The notes: generated by a model not told the origin, from the letters alone. A stretch of 64,000 bases of DNA from Octopus sinensis (GCF_006345805.1 NC_043021.1:27776001-27840000), one strand, 5' to 3'. Shown: positions 1-13,499, counted from the stretch's first letter. Program-made: numbers and translations.

Positions 1-734
1 GTTCTTAAATGCATGTCAAACATTTGCAATTTTTTTTTGCTTCAGCACAAGATCTCCGATCAAGTTACTTGCTATGCAAGTACATCTACATATATATATA
101 TAAATGTAAATTTTAAAAAAAATGGAGAAAACAGACAAGAAAAAAATAACAACGTGAGGGCGTATTACATGCCGAGTATTAATGAGACGCTCAGAGGAGG
201 AAAGAAAGAAGGGTTGTTTTACTTTTCGAGCTTATCTCTCTTTCGGAAACAGGCGACATAGGAAAGTTCAAAAGAAAAGGAAGAAGGAAGAAAATAATCG
301 CCAACAGTCCACGTATAGTTTCATTTTTGAAATGACCGGAAGCGGATGGACAAAGAGAAAATGCTTTCTGGGACAGGAGAGTGTGAAGAATGGTTGGCAT
401 CCGTGTGATGCGCTTGTGTGTGGTAGCATGTCTGTGTATGTGCCCATGTGTATGCGCTGGTGTGTGTGCGTGTGATACCGTGTTTGTGTGTGGTAGTGTG
501 TGTGTGGCAGTAACTGAGTGTGTGTCTGCTGCGTGGTGGCGCTGTGCAGGTGGTGGTGGTGTCTTGTGTGTGATACCGTGCGTGTATGGTAGCGTGTGTG
601 TGTGTATGCCAGCAACTGTGTGTGTGTGTGCGCTGTAGCGTGTGCGCGTGTGGTTGTAACTGTGTGTGCGTGCGGTATTTAACTATTTACATGTGTTTGT
701 TTTGTGTGAGTGGTCTCTTCTTCTTATTATTATT

Positions 735-1305
735 ATGAATACCCTGATATAGTATCAGCCAGTCACTCTCATGGCTTCTGATCTTAGCTGATTGGAATGT
801 TACCATGTACGTTTATCTTGGTATAAAAGATGGGCTACAGCAAACATTCTACTCAATACTAGAAATTTGCTTGTCAGTTGCTTTACCTTAACCAGTTGAG
901 CATGTCCCTTAGTGGCTGACGATATGTGCATCTGTGATCATGAGCAAAAGTGGTGAAGGAGCATCATAGCCATGCGTTGAGAGGAATTCTTTGGAGTTCG
1001 AACAATTCACCACTTGAAACATAGGTGTTTTGTTCATCATCCTTAAACAACCCTTATTCAAGAACCTTTTGAGCGGGATGGCCTACCCAACCTCAAGACA
1101 ATTCTAATTAGGGTCCATCTGCTAGGTCATGCGCTGTTTATCTTGATATCAGATCACCATGTTACGCACATATGGTTGTGATGCATGTGCCTTGTGATGC
1201 AAAAACGGGTTGCCATGATTGGTATATTGTTCTTCGTATATTTGTACCCCAGTGTCACTTTGATGACATGCGCTGATCCCTCACTCAATAAAATAATAAT
1301 AATAA
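735..1305 (+). repeat. Interspersed repeat ending in AATAAA plus (AAT)n tail; probable retroposon 3' end
   Basis: Complex non-coding sequence ending 'cactcaataaaataataataat'; no ORF; class inferred only from the tail. Confidence 0.35.
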
Positions 1306-1455
1306 CAATAATGATGATGATGATGATGATAATAATAAAGGTCAAATCAATAGTGTGTTTTATTGTTGAAAGATGGCCATCGCCATATATATAACTACTT
1401 GTTTCAACACACAATTTCATATCAAGAAACTTATAAATCACATACATAAACTTAT

Positions 1456-1560
<105 letters not shown>

Positions 1561-2325
1561 TATATATATACACATATAAAACTATAGAGCGAAAAACCGC
1601 TTGAAAAAGACACACAGATTGAAAATGCTATCTCAACTATTCCTTGCGAAATACAGCAAAAAATTATTAAAAATGTCATAAAAAATGTCACATGATCATG
1701 TTCATTTTAATTAGAAAAGGAAAAAAAAACACAGAAACAAAACAAATAACAATACAATTCCTTTCCTGACTTCTATTATTCTTTAATTAGCTTGGTCAGT
1801 AAATGAATAGCTTTGAGGTTCAGATTCACTTAACGTTAACACACAAAGCTAATTAATAACTAATCAATATGGTATTTTAAAATTTAATCATCAATATTAT
1901 ATTTTTTATTCATCAATAATATAGTTTCAATTTTTTCTTTTTTTGTTATTTTTTTTTATTTGCCAAGTTAAATTAGTATTGAATTCACATCATTAGTGAT
2001 ATAAATTTATAAATTTTATTGTTTGCAATATTTTTGTCTGTATCACTTTCCTTTTGGTTGTAAGTTGGTATGGTTTTTTTTTTGTTTAAGGTATCATTAT
2101 GTTTTCATGTGTCACGTGTACTGTCCTCTCATATTTCAACGCATTTTAAGTATGCAAATATAAATACACATATATACATATTTTATCTATATGTTTGATT
2201 GTGCGCATGCGTTTGTGTGTGTGTGTATTTGTTAGTTTATATGCACATAACTTTTTCGTATAAACTATTACCAATTTATACATTTATATTTATACAAGTG
2301 CACTTATATATACAAGTAGATATAT

Positions 2326-2609
2326 TACGTGATCACGTGACCGACCAGGCTATCAGATGTTGTTACACATCGCTGGTCACAATGCGCTTCGCATTGTTTC
2401 AGTCTTCAAATGACGCCACTCCGCTGGCTAAGCGAGCAGGCCAACAGAAGAAAGAGTGAAAGAAAGTTGCGGCGAAAGAGTACAGCAGGGATCGCCACCA
2501 CCCCCTGCCGGAGCCGCGTGGAGCTTTGGGTGTTTTCGCTCGATAAATACTCACAATCAAAACCGCGATCCTACGACCGCGAGTCCGCTGCCCTAACCAC
2601 TGGGCCATT
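2326..2609 (-). mobile_element. tRNA-derived SINE (octopus OR-like family)
   Basis: Minus-strand head 'aatggcccagtggttagggcagcggactc' with A-box; body shared with 40027-40306 (+); related heads and bodies at 17005, 31338 and 48417. Confidence 0.75.
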
Positions 2610-2630
2610 ATACTATATATATATGTATAA

Positions 2631-2670
<40 letters not shown>

Positions 2671-2794
2671 TATGTATAATATATATATATATATAAGGTC
2701 AGCAAAATTTAGCTTCAGATGAATATGGTACTTAAGTTAAAAGCACCAGAATTTGGTATGGTATTATCCATATAAATCAAATGGAGTGATTATA

Positions 2795-3068
2795 ATCAAA
2801 ATAGGCAACAAGGATATCCAAGTTAGTGTAGTGCAATCGTTTGATGCTACTTCATTTTATTAAACACTGTAAGTATTACATCAGTTTTAAAATGTCGAGC
2901 AATCTTCAGCCACATATAGAATTTTTTAATTAAATGGAGAATGTACATTTTTTATACTTATTTCATTTGCCAACATTACAAAGAGTGTAGATACAGTGTT
3001 TAATAAAATGAAGTAGCATGAAACAATTGTACTACACTACCTTGGATATCCTTGTTGCTTATTTTGAT
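2795..3068. repeat. Fold-back element: ~77 bp inverted arms 2795-2871 / 2992-3068
   Basis: Arms are near reverse complements (atcaaaataggcaacaaggatatccaag... / ...cttggatatccttgttgcttattttgat). Confidence 0.9.
2827..2914 (-). ncRNA. Type-I hammerhead-like motif with long helix II (decayed copy; intact 3' half in the opposite arm)
   Basis: Minus strand: UGUGG-CUGAAGA-U-UGCU..~60 nt..AGCA-U-CAAAC-GAUU-GCA-CUACA. The other arm (~3028-3044, +) keeps GAA-ACAAUUGU-A-CUACA. Confidence 0.65.
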
Positions 3069-3274
3069 ATATATATATATATATATATAATATATATATA
3101 TATATAAGAAAGTTGGTTTGTGAAAGCACGTGGGTGAATATATAGAAAATAGTAAAGAGTGAAAAAACTACAGAAAGCTTAAATGTTAAAAAATATATAT
3201 ATTTGCGTCAATATGTCTGAAGAATATTAGAAAATTAAAAAAAAAAATTTTTCTCTTATAATGACATAATTTAA

Positions 3275-3313
3275 AAGAAAGACCGGTTTCGCGTGTAGCT
3301 TTTCAAATTTCTT
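3275..3313 (-). ncRNA. Minimal hammerhead motif, U3-A8 core variant
   Basis: AAGAAA-U-UUGAAAA-GC-UACAC-GC-GAA-ACCGGU-C-UUUCUU: 6 bp helix I with one bulged U, 2 bp helix II, palindromic helix III, GUC site. Confidence 0.6.
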
Positions 3314-3943
3314 GCGACGTTATGTTTATGTTGAATAGAGTTATCGTTATGTTTATGTTCAGGAGAGTTCTAAATAAGGGGAGGTAGTGAGTGATTTCTT
3401 CCGGTGTAAGGGAGATAATCGCTTAAAATATTTTTCCTTTCCTTGGTGTGAATTTCTCTGTATCAGTATGTTCGGATGATTGAGTCTGGGCTTGTACTTT
3501 TCAATGAAGAATGTTTCCTCGTTTAGTCTAATTTGTGTTGATGATCCGAAAGCACATTTGTAAAATGGAAAGATTAAAAATTGTGGTAGTAGTTGCTTTG
3601 CGCATTTCTCAATGTGCTCACTAAAAGGTATCATTCTATATTCTGGGAATGCAATCTGTTGTCGATGCAGTGTGCATCTACGTCTGAGTGATAGTCCCGT
3701 GGAACCCACGTAGTCTTGGTGGCAGCCCGAGCATTTTATGACATAAATTATGTTTTCAGAGGCACAAGTAAAGTTAGATTTGATCTTGAATTTCTGTCCC
3801 TCTTTAAGGGAAACGGAAAGGAAAAAAAATTTAAGCGATTATCTCCCTTACACCGGAAGAAATCACTCACTACTTCCCCTTATTTAGAACTCTCCTGAAC
3901 ATAAACATAACGATAACTCTATTCAACATAAACATAACGTCGC

Positions 3944-3982
3944 AAGAAATTTGAAAAGCTACACGTGAAACCGGTCTTTCTT
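3944..3982 (+). ncRNA. Minimal hammerhead motif, U3-A8 core variant (second arm)
   Basis: Same as 3275-3313 except helix II closes G.U instead of G-C. Confidence 0.55.
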
Positions 3983-4104
3983 TTAAATTATGTCATTATA
4001 AGACAAAAAATTTTTTTTTAATTTTCTAATATTCTTCAAACATATTGACGCAAATATATATATATTTTAACATTTAAGCCTTCTGTAGTTTTTTCACTCT
4101 TTAC

Positions 4105-4250
<146 letters not shown>

Positions 4251-4475
4251 ATATATATACATAAAAGAATTTGACTAAGCGTCGTATATGTCACCTAGCC
4301 ATTCACTGTCTCGATCGACAACTCATTGAACTTCATTTAACTCAGTTAAACCTACCTTCTAAGACATTTATCTTTAGCTATTTTATGAACTGAAGGAGCT
4401 TCTAAAAAGTTGTCCATTAAACAAACGCTATATTTTATATTAGTGTGTAAACGTGTGTGTGTGTGTGTGTATGTA

Positions 4476-5703
4476 TAGGTGTTGGACAAAATAATAAAAC
4501 ACCTTAAAATTTGAAACAAATTTATTTTAATATGGGGTAGATGGGGTAGGACCGCCTTTGGCAGTAATTGCAGCTTGAATTCTACGAGGTATGGACAGTA
4601 ACAAAGTTTAAATCGTTTCCAAAGGAATTTTTGTCCATCATTCAGCTAAAACAGTCTCCAGTTCTTGTGGTGATGATGGTCGAGGATATCGACTCCTTAC
4701 TTGTTTCTCTAAAATGCACCATAAATGTTGAATAATATTGAGATCTGGGGACTGTGGTGGTCAGATAAGATGTTCAACTTCAGTAGAACCTTCCTTTAGC
4801 TGTGTGAATTGGTACATTATCATCCTGAAATATTGTGTTTCCCTCCGGAAACAGTTCCGCAACCGTAGGATGAATTTGAACTGAAAAAAATGCTTAACTA
4901 GTCTTGACTATTTATTCTGCCATGAAAGGAAAACATTGGGCCTGTGGATTTCCAAGATATAGCCCCCCGCCCCAGATAACCACAGATCCTCCTCCATGTT
5001 TAACTGTTGGAAGAAGTAAGTTCTGGGTCAAATGCTTCTGTTGGCTGCCTCCACACGTATTCGCGGCCGGTGGCTGGAAATAAGGTAAAGGATGACACGT
5101 CCGAGAAAATAACATTCTTCCACTTCACAAGGGATCAATTCTGTAGGTTTTTACTCCCCTAAAAATCCTTTGCAACGTTTGTTTTTGAATGTAGTGGATT
5201 TCAGATTGCAGCCGTCTCGTGAAATCCGGCTTTGTGTAGCTCCCGGCGAAGTTTTAGTAGAAATTGGTTTCTCGAGGTGGTCATTAAGTTCTGCAGTAAT
5301 TATTGGAGCTGTACTTTTGTGATCCTTTCTAACAATTCGTGAAAGAGTCCGACGGTCCGTATCTGAAAATTTTCGTTTTCTTCCGGAGTTTTGTTTCGAC
5401 GAATAAGTTTTACCCTCTTTCTCAAAAGCTGTCAATACTTTCGAGACAGTACATCTTCATACCCCAAACATTTCGGCTGTTTTCGTTACGCTAGCACCTG
5501 TCATGTGAACACCAACAATTTGACCAATAGATCTGCCCTTTTAATGAATTTTAATTACGTTTATCTGATGGTAACTGAAAAAAAAACAGCAGCAACACTA
5601 ATAAGAAATAAAAAAAAACATAAAAATAAACATGCTTTTGACAGTTTTATAGATATTTCAAAATTATGATACTAGGTGTTTCCATTATTTTGTCCAACCC
5701 CTG
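4476..5703 (-). mobile_element. Tc1-family DNA transposon, decayed
   Basis: TIRs 'aggtgttggacaaaataat' / 'attattttgtccaacccctg'. Minus-strand remnants SGRKRKFSDTDRRTLSRIVRK, PTVKHGGGSVVIWG and PQSPDLNII.HLW, with frameshifts. Confidence 0.9.
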
Positions 5704-5775
5704 CATATATATACATACACACACATATATATATACATACACACACATATATATATACATATACATATATATGCA

Positions 5776-6160
5776 TTCTTTTATTCTTTTACGCTTCCAA
5801 TCATTTGACTGCGGTCATGCTGGAGTACCGCCCAAAAGGGAATTATTCGAAGAAATCGACCCAGGAATTATTCTTTGTACGCCTAGTACTTATTGTATCG
5901 GCTCTCTCACCGAACTGCTAAGTTACGGGAACATAAATACACCATCATCAACCGTCAAGCGATGGTGACGGTACAAACGCAGACACAAACACATACATAA
6001 ATATATATACATATATACGACCGGCTTCTTTCAGTTTCCGCCTAACAAATCCATTCATAAGGCATTAGTCGGCCTGAAGTTATAGTAAGAGAGACTTGCC
6101 CAAGGTGGAACGGAGTGGGGCTAAACGCGAAACGGGGTAAGCAAGTTTTTTACTACACCC
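5776..6160 (-). mobile_element. CORE-like tRNA SINE
   Basis: Reverse complement contains 'accttgggcaagtctc' (CORE-like) and the tail shared with 32701, 49196 and 47987. Confidence 0.7.
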
Positions 6161-6552
6161 CCATTTCTCTCTCTTCCATCTTTTCTCTTGTCTAAGAAAA
6201 TATTACTCCAAACTTCGCTATTTTACCCTCATTCTGGTCTAACGACCCTCCATGTTTGCTTTCGTTCAGCTTCCTTGTATGTCTCTATTGTCCTGTTTTT
6301 GTTCACAACTTTGACCCTCCCCCATAAATCCCAAATTTTATGGGAGCAACTGTCTTCGAAATCTTACATTGTCGTTCAATGCTCGAAATGGGGAGTAGAT
6401 AGACAGCCGAGAACTGATGAAGATTGGTTTTTTTATTTTACTTATCCTGTTTTCTATTTATTTCTCACGTTGTTTGCCTAAATATAAAATATTGTTTTCG
6501 TATTTCATGTTGTTGGTGATATATTGATATGCATATATATTGATATGCATAT

Positions 6553-6590
<38 letters not shown>

Positions 6591-6595
<5 letters not shown>

Positions 6596-6973
6596 TATTG
6601 TAGTTCGCTTGAAGCATTGTGTATTGTTTGTAAACAATAATAATAAATAGTAATAATGCATTTTGGATGGCACAAGATTGCATCGTTGCGCCATTCAATA
6701 CACATTATTACTATATGTATATATATATATATTTGTGTGTGTTTGTGTGTGTGTGTATACACACCACGATTGACCGCTAGCTCCTAAAGTTTTTTTAAAA
6801 TTCTCTTTCTGTTTATTTCATGCTGAAGAGCGTAGGCTCGAAACGTAAAAAAAATTTCTCCCCTTCTTGAGCGTCAAACTAATACACCTGTTTGTTGTTT
6901 CTACACATGTCTTCGTCTTTTGTTTTTCTGTAAATTTCAACTATACACACACACACATACATACATACATACA

Positions 6974-7009
<36 letters not shown>

Positions 7010-7084
7010 TATGTAAATATATATATATTTGTATGTATGTATGTATGTATGTATGTATGTATGTATGTATGTATGTATGTATGT

Positions 7085-7119
<35 letters not shown>

Positions 7120-7614
7120 TATATGAGAGTATTGTAGTTCGCTTGAAGCATTGTGTATTGTTTGTAAACAATAATAATAAATAGTAATAATGCATTTTGG
7201 ATGCACAAGATTGCATCGTGCGCCCATTCAATACACATTATTACTAATGTATATATATATATATATTTGTGTGTGTTTGTGTGTGTGTATACACACCACG
7301 ATTGACCGCTAGCTCCTAAAGTTTTTTTAAAATTCTCTTTCTGTTTATTTCATGCTGAAGAGCGTAGGCTCGAAACGTAAAAAAAATTTCTCCCCTTCTT
7401 GAGCGTCAAACTAATACACTGTTTGTTGTTTCTACACATGTCTTCGTCTTTTGTTTTTCTGTAAATTTCAACTATACACCAACACACACATACATACAAC
7501 ATACATACAGACATACATACTACATACATACATATATATATATGTAAATATATATATATTTGTATGTATGTATGTATGTATGTATGTATGTATGTATGTA
7601 TGTATGTATGTATG

Positions 7615-7656
<42 letters not shown>
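6591..7656. repeat. Tandem duplication, ~534 bp period (6591-7124, 7125-7656)
   Basis: Near-identical units starting 'gagagtattgtagttcgcttgaagc'; differences are mostly 1-bp indels and microsatellite length. Confidence 0.9.
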
Positions 7657-7660
<4 letters not shown>

Positions 7661-7689
7661 AAAAGATCAAGATAGAAAATGCTAAAATA

Positions 7690-9914
7690 ATTTTATAAAA
7701 AATCATTTCAGTACCGGTTTCATTCATTAGAAAAGTTTTTTAAAAGAATATTTGTATAGTGTTCAAATACAAGTGGCATTTCCCTTGTTTCTGCCTGTCT
7801 CTGTCTCTCTTGTTTACTCTTGTGGGTTCGAGGTCATTGTGAATTCTTGGTAGGGAAGAAGAAAAAGAAGAAGGAGGAGGAGGAGGAGAAGGGAAGAAGA
7901 AAAAGAAGAAGGAGGAGGAGGGGGAGAAGGAAGAAGAAAAAGGAGAATTTGGGAGTGCCATTTTGATTGGTCAGTGGATGGTAGCAATTGCTGTTCAATT
8001 CATGAAAATATTTCTATTGAATGTTTTGCTTATAGAATTTGCGTAGGTATCATTCTAAAAAGCATTAGTGATAAAGTTAGGAAGGAGAAGGAAGGAGAAG
8101 GAAGCAGGGGGAGAAGAAGAAGAAGAAGAAGAAGAAGAAGAAGAAGAAGAAGAAGAAGAAGAAGAAGAAGAAGAAGAGAAGAAGAAGAAGAAGAAGAAGA
8201 AGAAGAAGAAGAAGAGAAGAAGAAGAAGAGAAGGGAGAATAAGAATGAATGTAGGTAGTGTGAAAGTAGTAAGGTGTTAAATGACTTAAAATTGGCACCT
8301 AATGGATTATAGCAGTGATTTGGATTGTTTTTTAATGAATTCTTGGGAATCTCTTGAGTGTATCATTTTTGATATTTGCGTGTGTATTTGTGTTATTCTA
8401 AGGCCGGGGTGGATATGTCGTTTGTCGTAGACGCGTTCAGAAGGGGCCTGTATTTTGTAATAAAGAGAGTTTATTTACTAATTCGTTGGCTCCAGGTTGT
8501 ATCGTTCCTGAATTGGTAGAGGGGAAAAATCCTGAAGCTTGGATTTTTGTTGTTGGCGCAAATGTCTATGTGTTGATTGAATGCTATTTTTCTGTTTTGG
8601 GAAACTTTTATCTGGGATCTGTGCGGGGCCATTATTTTACGTAATCTATTTTTCGTTTGGCCTATGTATTGCTCTTGACACCTAGAGCAGGTTAGTGTGT
8701 ATATCAGGTTCTCCGAAGCACACGTGAAGTTGCTTTTCACTGTGAAACGCTGTCCCTGTTTGAAGGAGAACTCTGATCCCTCAATTAGATAATCGCATAT
8801 CCCGCAATTGGGTCTTCCACATGTTTTTACAGTCGGCTTCTGTTGTTGAGCGTATTCGGGCTTGTGTTATGAGACTTTTCATACATTTGGGCTATCTCTT
8901 GCTTTTATGATGGTGTGTGTTTGGAGGATTGTGTTCATTCTGTGGTCTTTTTTTAGCAGGGGTCTGTTTTGGAGGATGGTGTCGAAGGCTTCATTGTTAA
9001 GAGGGTTGTGTGTGGAGATGTATGGTAAGGCTTTTGGTAGTAAATCTTTCTTTAATTTGGGATGTCTGTGTTCCTGGATGTTGAGTTGAATGCATATGTC
9101 AATTAGTGATGAGTGTATCTTTTATTTCATGTAGTCGTGTCTCTGCTGTTTGCATAAGAAACTATAGTACATATCCTTTTTACTAGGTTGAAGGGGATGT
9201 TCATTTTGGTGTGTCTGGGGTGGCATGAATTTAATGGAAGATACTGCATAGAATCCGTAGGCTTATAGTATATATATATATGTTTCTATTGCGTTATTAG
9301 ATTTCTTAATGAGGATGTCGAGGAAGGGGAGTTGTTGCTGGCTATATTCCATCGTGAATTGGATGTTTACGTCCAGTCCATTTAAAATTGTTTGGAATTC
9401 TTTGAGTTTCTCTATATTTTCATGCCAAAGAATGAAACAGTCATCTAGGTATCTCTTCCAGTTGTTTTCTATGTTTAGGGGAAAAGGGCTGCCATATCTT
9501 TCTAGAACCTTACGATACAGACTGATTTCTAGATATCCCATGACTAGGTCGGCAAAGGAGGGGGGCCATTCGCGTACCCATCGCAGTCCCCGATTTTTGT
9601 CGGTAGAAGTTGTCTTTGAAAGCGAAGTAGTTATTTTCCAGGATGAATTTAACCCCTTCTATCACGAATTCTTTTTTGATGCGATGTGGGAGTTCGTTGG
9701 CGTAATTCTCTAGCCAGAATTGAATTGCCTCTATTCCTAGGATGTTGGAATAGAGGTTGACTACATCGAAGGATACTAGTAGGGTGTTTTTGTTTATTCT
9801 TTTAGGCAGGTGATTGAGCATATCCAGGTCGTCCCTTATATGGCTTTGACATGTTTGAGGAGTGGTTTTAAGAGGGCATCTAAAAAGTTACTGACGCGGT
9901 GGGTTTCGCATGCG
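7690..9914 (-). mobile_element. Penelope-like retroelement, 5'-truncated and frameshifted (RT + GIY-YIG endonuclease + 3' UTR)
   Basis: RPIIAGPACETHRVSNFLD; LLVSFDVVNLYSNI; QKSGTAMGTRMAP; WKRYLDDCF; LPFLDILI; NLIYTLTCSRCQEQYIGQTKNRLR (GIY-YIG-like). Confidence 0.92.
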
Positions 9915-9931
9915 GGACCTGCTATTATAGG

Positions 9932-10019
<88 letters not shown>

Positions 10020-10484
10020 TATATATATTATGGTGTTAATTATCCATCAGGGATGATCTTACCAATCGTTTCACGTGAAATTATATAATGGAGTGTTAGG
10101 CAGCAAACCAGTTATATAATATACACGTGTCAGTCATGGAAGGGGAAGTGTTGACTGCTCTCCACTCCCTGACTTATGGTCTCTCAGACAACTCAAGCGT
10201 GTGCATGTGTGCATGTGTGTGTGCCTTTTTGTGTCTGTGTCTGTCCCCACCACAACTTCGCAACCATTGTTCATGTATTTACAGCCCCATAACTTAACGG
10301 CTCGGTTCCAGACTTTTAAAATATCACTAGAACGATTTGGTCGACTAAAATGCCCTAATGAGATGCGCCAGTATCATCACAGTCTAATGACTGAAGTAAG
10401 AGGTAAAACGTGTATGTATGTATGTGTGAGTTTGTCTTTTTGTGTATGTATGTATGTATGTATGTATGTATGTATGTATGTATG

Positions 10485-10564
<80 letters not shown>

Positions 10565-11090
10565 TTCTAGAAAGGAATGAAAATTAAAAACGTTTACCAT
10601 CTCAATTATTTCCCAGACCATGTTTTCTATTTCCAGCAAAAAAATATTTGCTGAACGCTGGTCTTCATCAGTGAGAAGCCTTTGGATTTCAAACATACAT
10701 ACACCCAGATCCATATGTAAAACTAACTGCTTGTATATCCTAACTTTTCAGACCACTGCGCAGACGCAGAATATACCCGGCGACACAGAGGATGCCGGTA
10801 AAAATTTCGAACAAATTTATCGAAGAATATTTAAACATAATAAATAACAATAGGGTAATAAGAAATTATTATTACCAGTGGCCTAGCACAAAAACGAATT
10901 AGTCATTAGACTATATATTATTAACATAGAAATACAATAAGAAGCTTTCAAATAGGAAAGCCTTGTGCTAGAAAGAGCAGTAGAAAACTCAAACCACCAA
11001 TTAAGGATAAATTCTCGAAAGGAATGAAAATTAAAAACGTTTACCATCTCAATTATTTCCCAGACTATGGTTTCTAACTATTTCCAGCAT
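10565..11090. repeat. ~75 bp direct repeat (10565-10640 and ~11013-11090)
   Basis: 'gaaaggaatgaaaattaaaaacgtttaccatctcaattatttcccagac' occurs twice ~450 bp apart. Confidence 0.85.
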
Positions 11091-12179
11091 CTATTTCACC
11101 CCTTTTTCTATAAATAGAAAAATCTTTCTTGTCTCCTTTCAATTGTTCATTCTTCTCAAAACCTTCTCTCAGTTCAAAACAACTGAATATTCTTCAGTCC
11201 GGTTACAGAACTAGATTCCCTAAGCAACATCAAGAACAAGAAGAAGAAGAACAACAACAACAACAACATGAAATCTGATATTCACACTTGTCCAGGAAGC
11301 CCGTATACGAAATACCCATATCTTGAAAGACATTGTGAATAGCGAGTTAATCTGATATTAAACCGATTTTTAGAAGTCGTGGAAATTATATATTTATCCA
11401 CGATGTTCAAGAAGAAAATGAGATAAGGTTTCATAAAAATTGTTGATGCATCTTCTTAGTTTATGTTTACGGTTTGTTAACATTTAAATGAAGTGTTCAC
11501 GTCTGTTCATGCAACCATTTTGTTTTCGCAAACAATCGGGTTCTCGAAACGTTATCCGAGAATCTGTAAGGGACTTCGATTTAGAAGGATAATCAACAAA
11601 CCATCCAGAATATTCTCTGATATGGGAGAATATCTTGATCATTGTGCAGGACGGAAGTTATATATTCGTAGTGAGTAAAAACTTACGACATTTTTATGTG
11701 TATTGTGTGGTGAAAGATAGATGCAGTTTAAAAGTGTGGTGGTTGTGGAGGCATGCGTGATGTGTGTGTGTGCCTGTGTGTGTGTGTTGTGTGCCTGTGT
11801 GTGTGTCTGCGTGCGTGTGTGAATGATCGTGTATGGTTGTGCGTGCTTTAGTAATTAATATAGTTAAAATATTGTTTTGTATTTCTATTATTCCTTTATA
11901 AATTCCGTCTTGTTACAGCGATGTCAATTTTTTTTTAGGATATTTAATTTAACGAACACGTAGAAAAGAAATTTTCGTTGGATTTAAACGAAACTTAATA
12001 AAGATTAAAATATAAAAATAAAAAAATAAAATAAAACGGACAAACTAATATTGTTAAGCAATTAAAAAGAGACCGAAGAATTGTTTAATTTCATTTACAA
12101 TTAATCATTTGAAAAATTTTCAGTTGGCTCTTGTTTGTGAACGGAGAATAGTCTTCCTGCTGCTTGTTCTACGGTGGTT

Positions 12180-12462
12180 ATTGTTGACATTGCTGTTGTT
12201 GTTTTTGTTGCTGTAGTTTTTCCTTTTAATAAAACAATCAATTGATCACCGTCAGTAATATTTTCTTCGGTACCATGATGATGATGATGATGATGATAAT
12301 GATCATCATCATCATGATCATGATCATCAAAACGAGTACAACTACCACCACTACCGCTAAACACGACGACGTCCACCACCAACACTACCACCAATACCAC
12401 CACCACCACCACCACCACCACCACCACTATCACTACCACTAACACTATCGCTGCAACAGCAT

Positions 12463-12507
<45 letters not shown>

Positions 12508-12520
12508 CAACAGCTACGTT
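12180..12520. repeat. Compound trinucleotide microsatellite (GTT/GAT/CAT/CAC/CAG)
   Basis: Directly visible; source of poly-V/H/M pseudo-ORFs. Confidence 0.9.
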
Positions 12521-13010
12521 CACATTCTATTTTTTTTCGATATTTTTTTAGCTGTTCTTATTTCCAATATCTTAAAATATTACTTTAGAAATTAAATTAA
12601 AGTTAATAATTTTATTTTCGTCTAATTAAGTTATCATCATTCTGTTTAAGTTTATTTTGAACCAATAATTTGTTTTGAAATGGTATTTGTTATTATTTCT
12701 ACGATTCCGTCTTGATATTAATTGGTTCGTACCACGAGTGCGTACGCTTCAATCTCTCCCCGCCCACCCACACGAAATACAACGCCATAACACTCTCTAT
12801 CGATGTCGAGACAATGGCGGCGACCTCACGCTCCGAGGAACTCCATCCCGCAGGAAGATCAACCAAGACTGAACAGAAAACCAAGTAGGATAGAAAGTGA
12901 CAACTAATGATCCTTCACTTATATATGTCTTCTTCTTCTTCTTCTTCTTCTTCTTCTTCTTCTTCTTCTTTCTTCTTCTTCTTCTTCTCTTCTTCTTCTT
13001 CTCATTATTA

Positions 13011-13058
<48 letters not shown>

Positions 13059-13119
13059 GGCGGCGGGCAGAATCGTTAGCACGCCGGGCTAACAGTGTCT
13101 GTCTGTCTATCTATCTGTT

Positions 13120-13153
<34 letters not shown>

Positions 13154-13499
13154 TCTATCTATATATATATATATATCTATCTACCTATCTATCTATTTAT
13201 CTTTCTATTGTATAATATATACATGCACGAATATTATGTAATATATATATATGCATACGTCTGTGTCTATATATGTATGTATATATATATGTATGTGTGT
13301 ATATACATATGTGTATATATGCATATATACATACATACATATATATATATATACATACAAACATATACACACATACATACATAATACATATATATATATA
13401 TATATATATACATATATATATGTGCGTGTGTGTGCGTGTGTGTGTGTATGTATGTATGTATGTATGTATGCATGTATGTATGTATGTATGTATGTTATG

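Noticed and set aside
6414-6480. CUGAUGA at 6414 (likewise CCGAUGA at ~63679, minus)
   Set aside because: No GAAA/NUH half downstream.
10752-10797. Candidate exon DHCADAEYTRRHRGC
   Set aside because: All three frames are open in only 46 nt, and it lies between repeat units; uninformative without RNA data.
12101-12523. 140 aa poly-Ala/Val/His ORF resembling a transcription-factor low-complexity region
   Set aside because: Entirely compound trinucleotide repeat; no domain and no convincing splice context.
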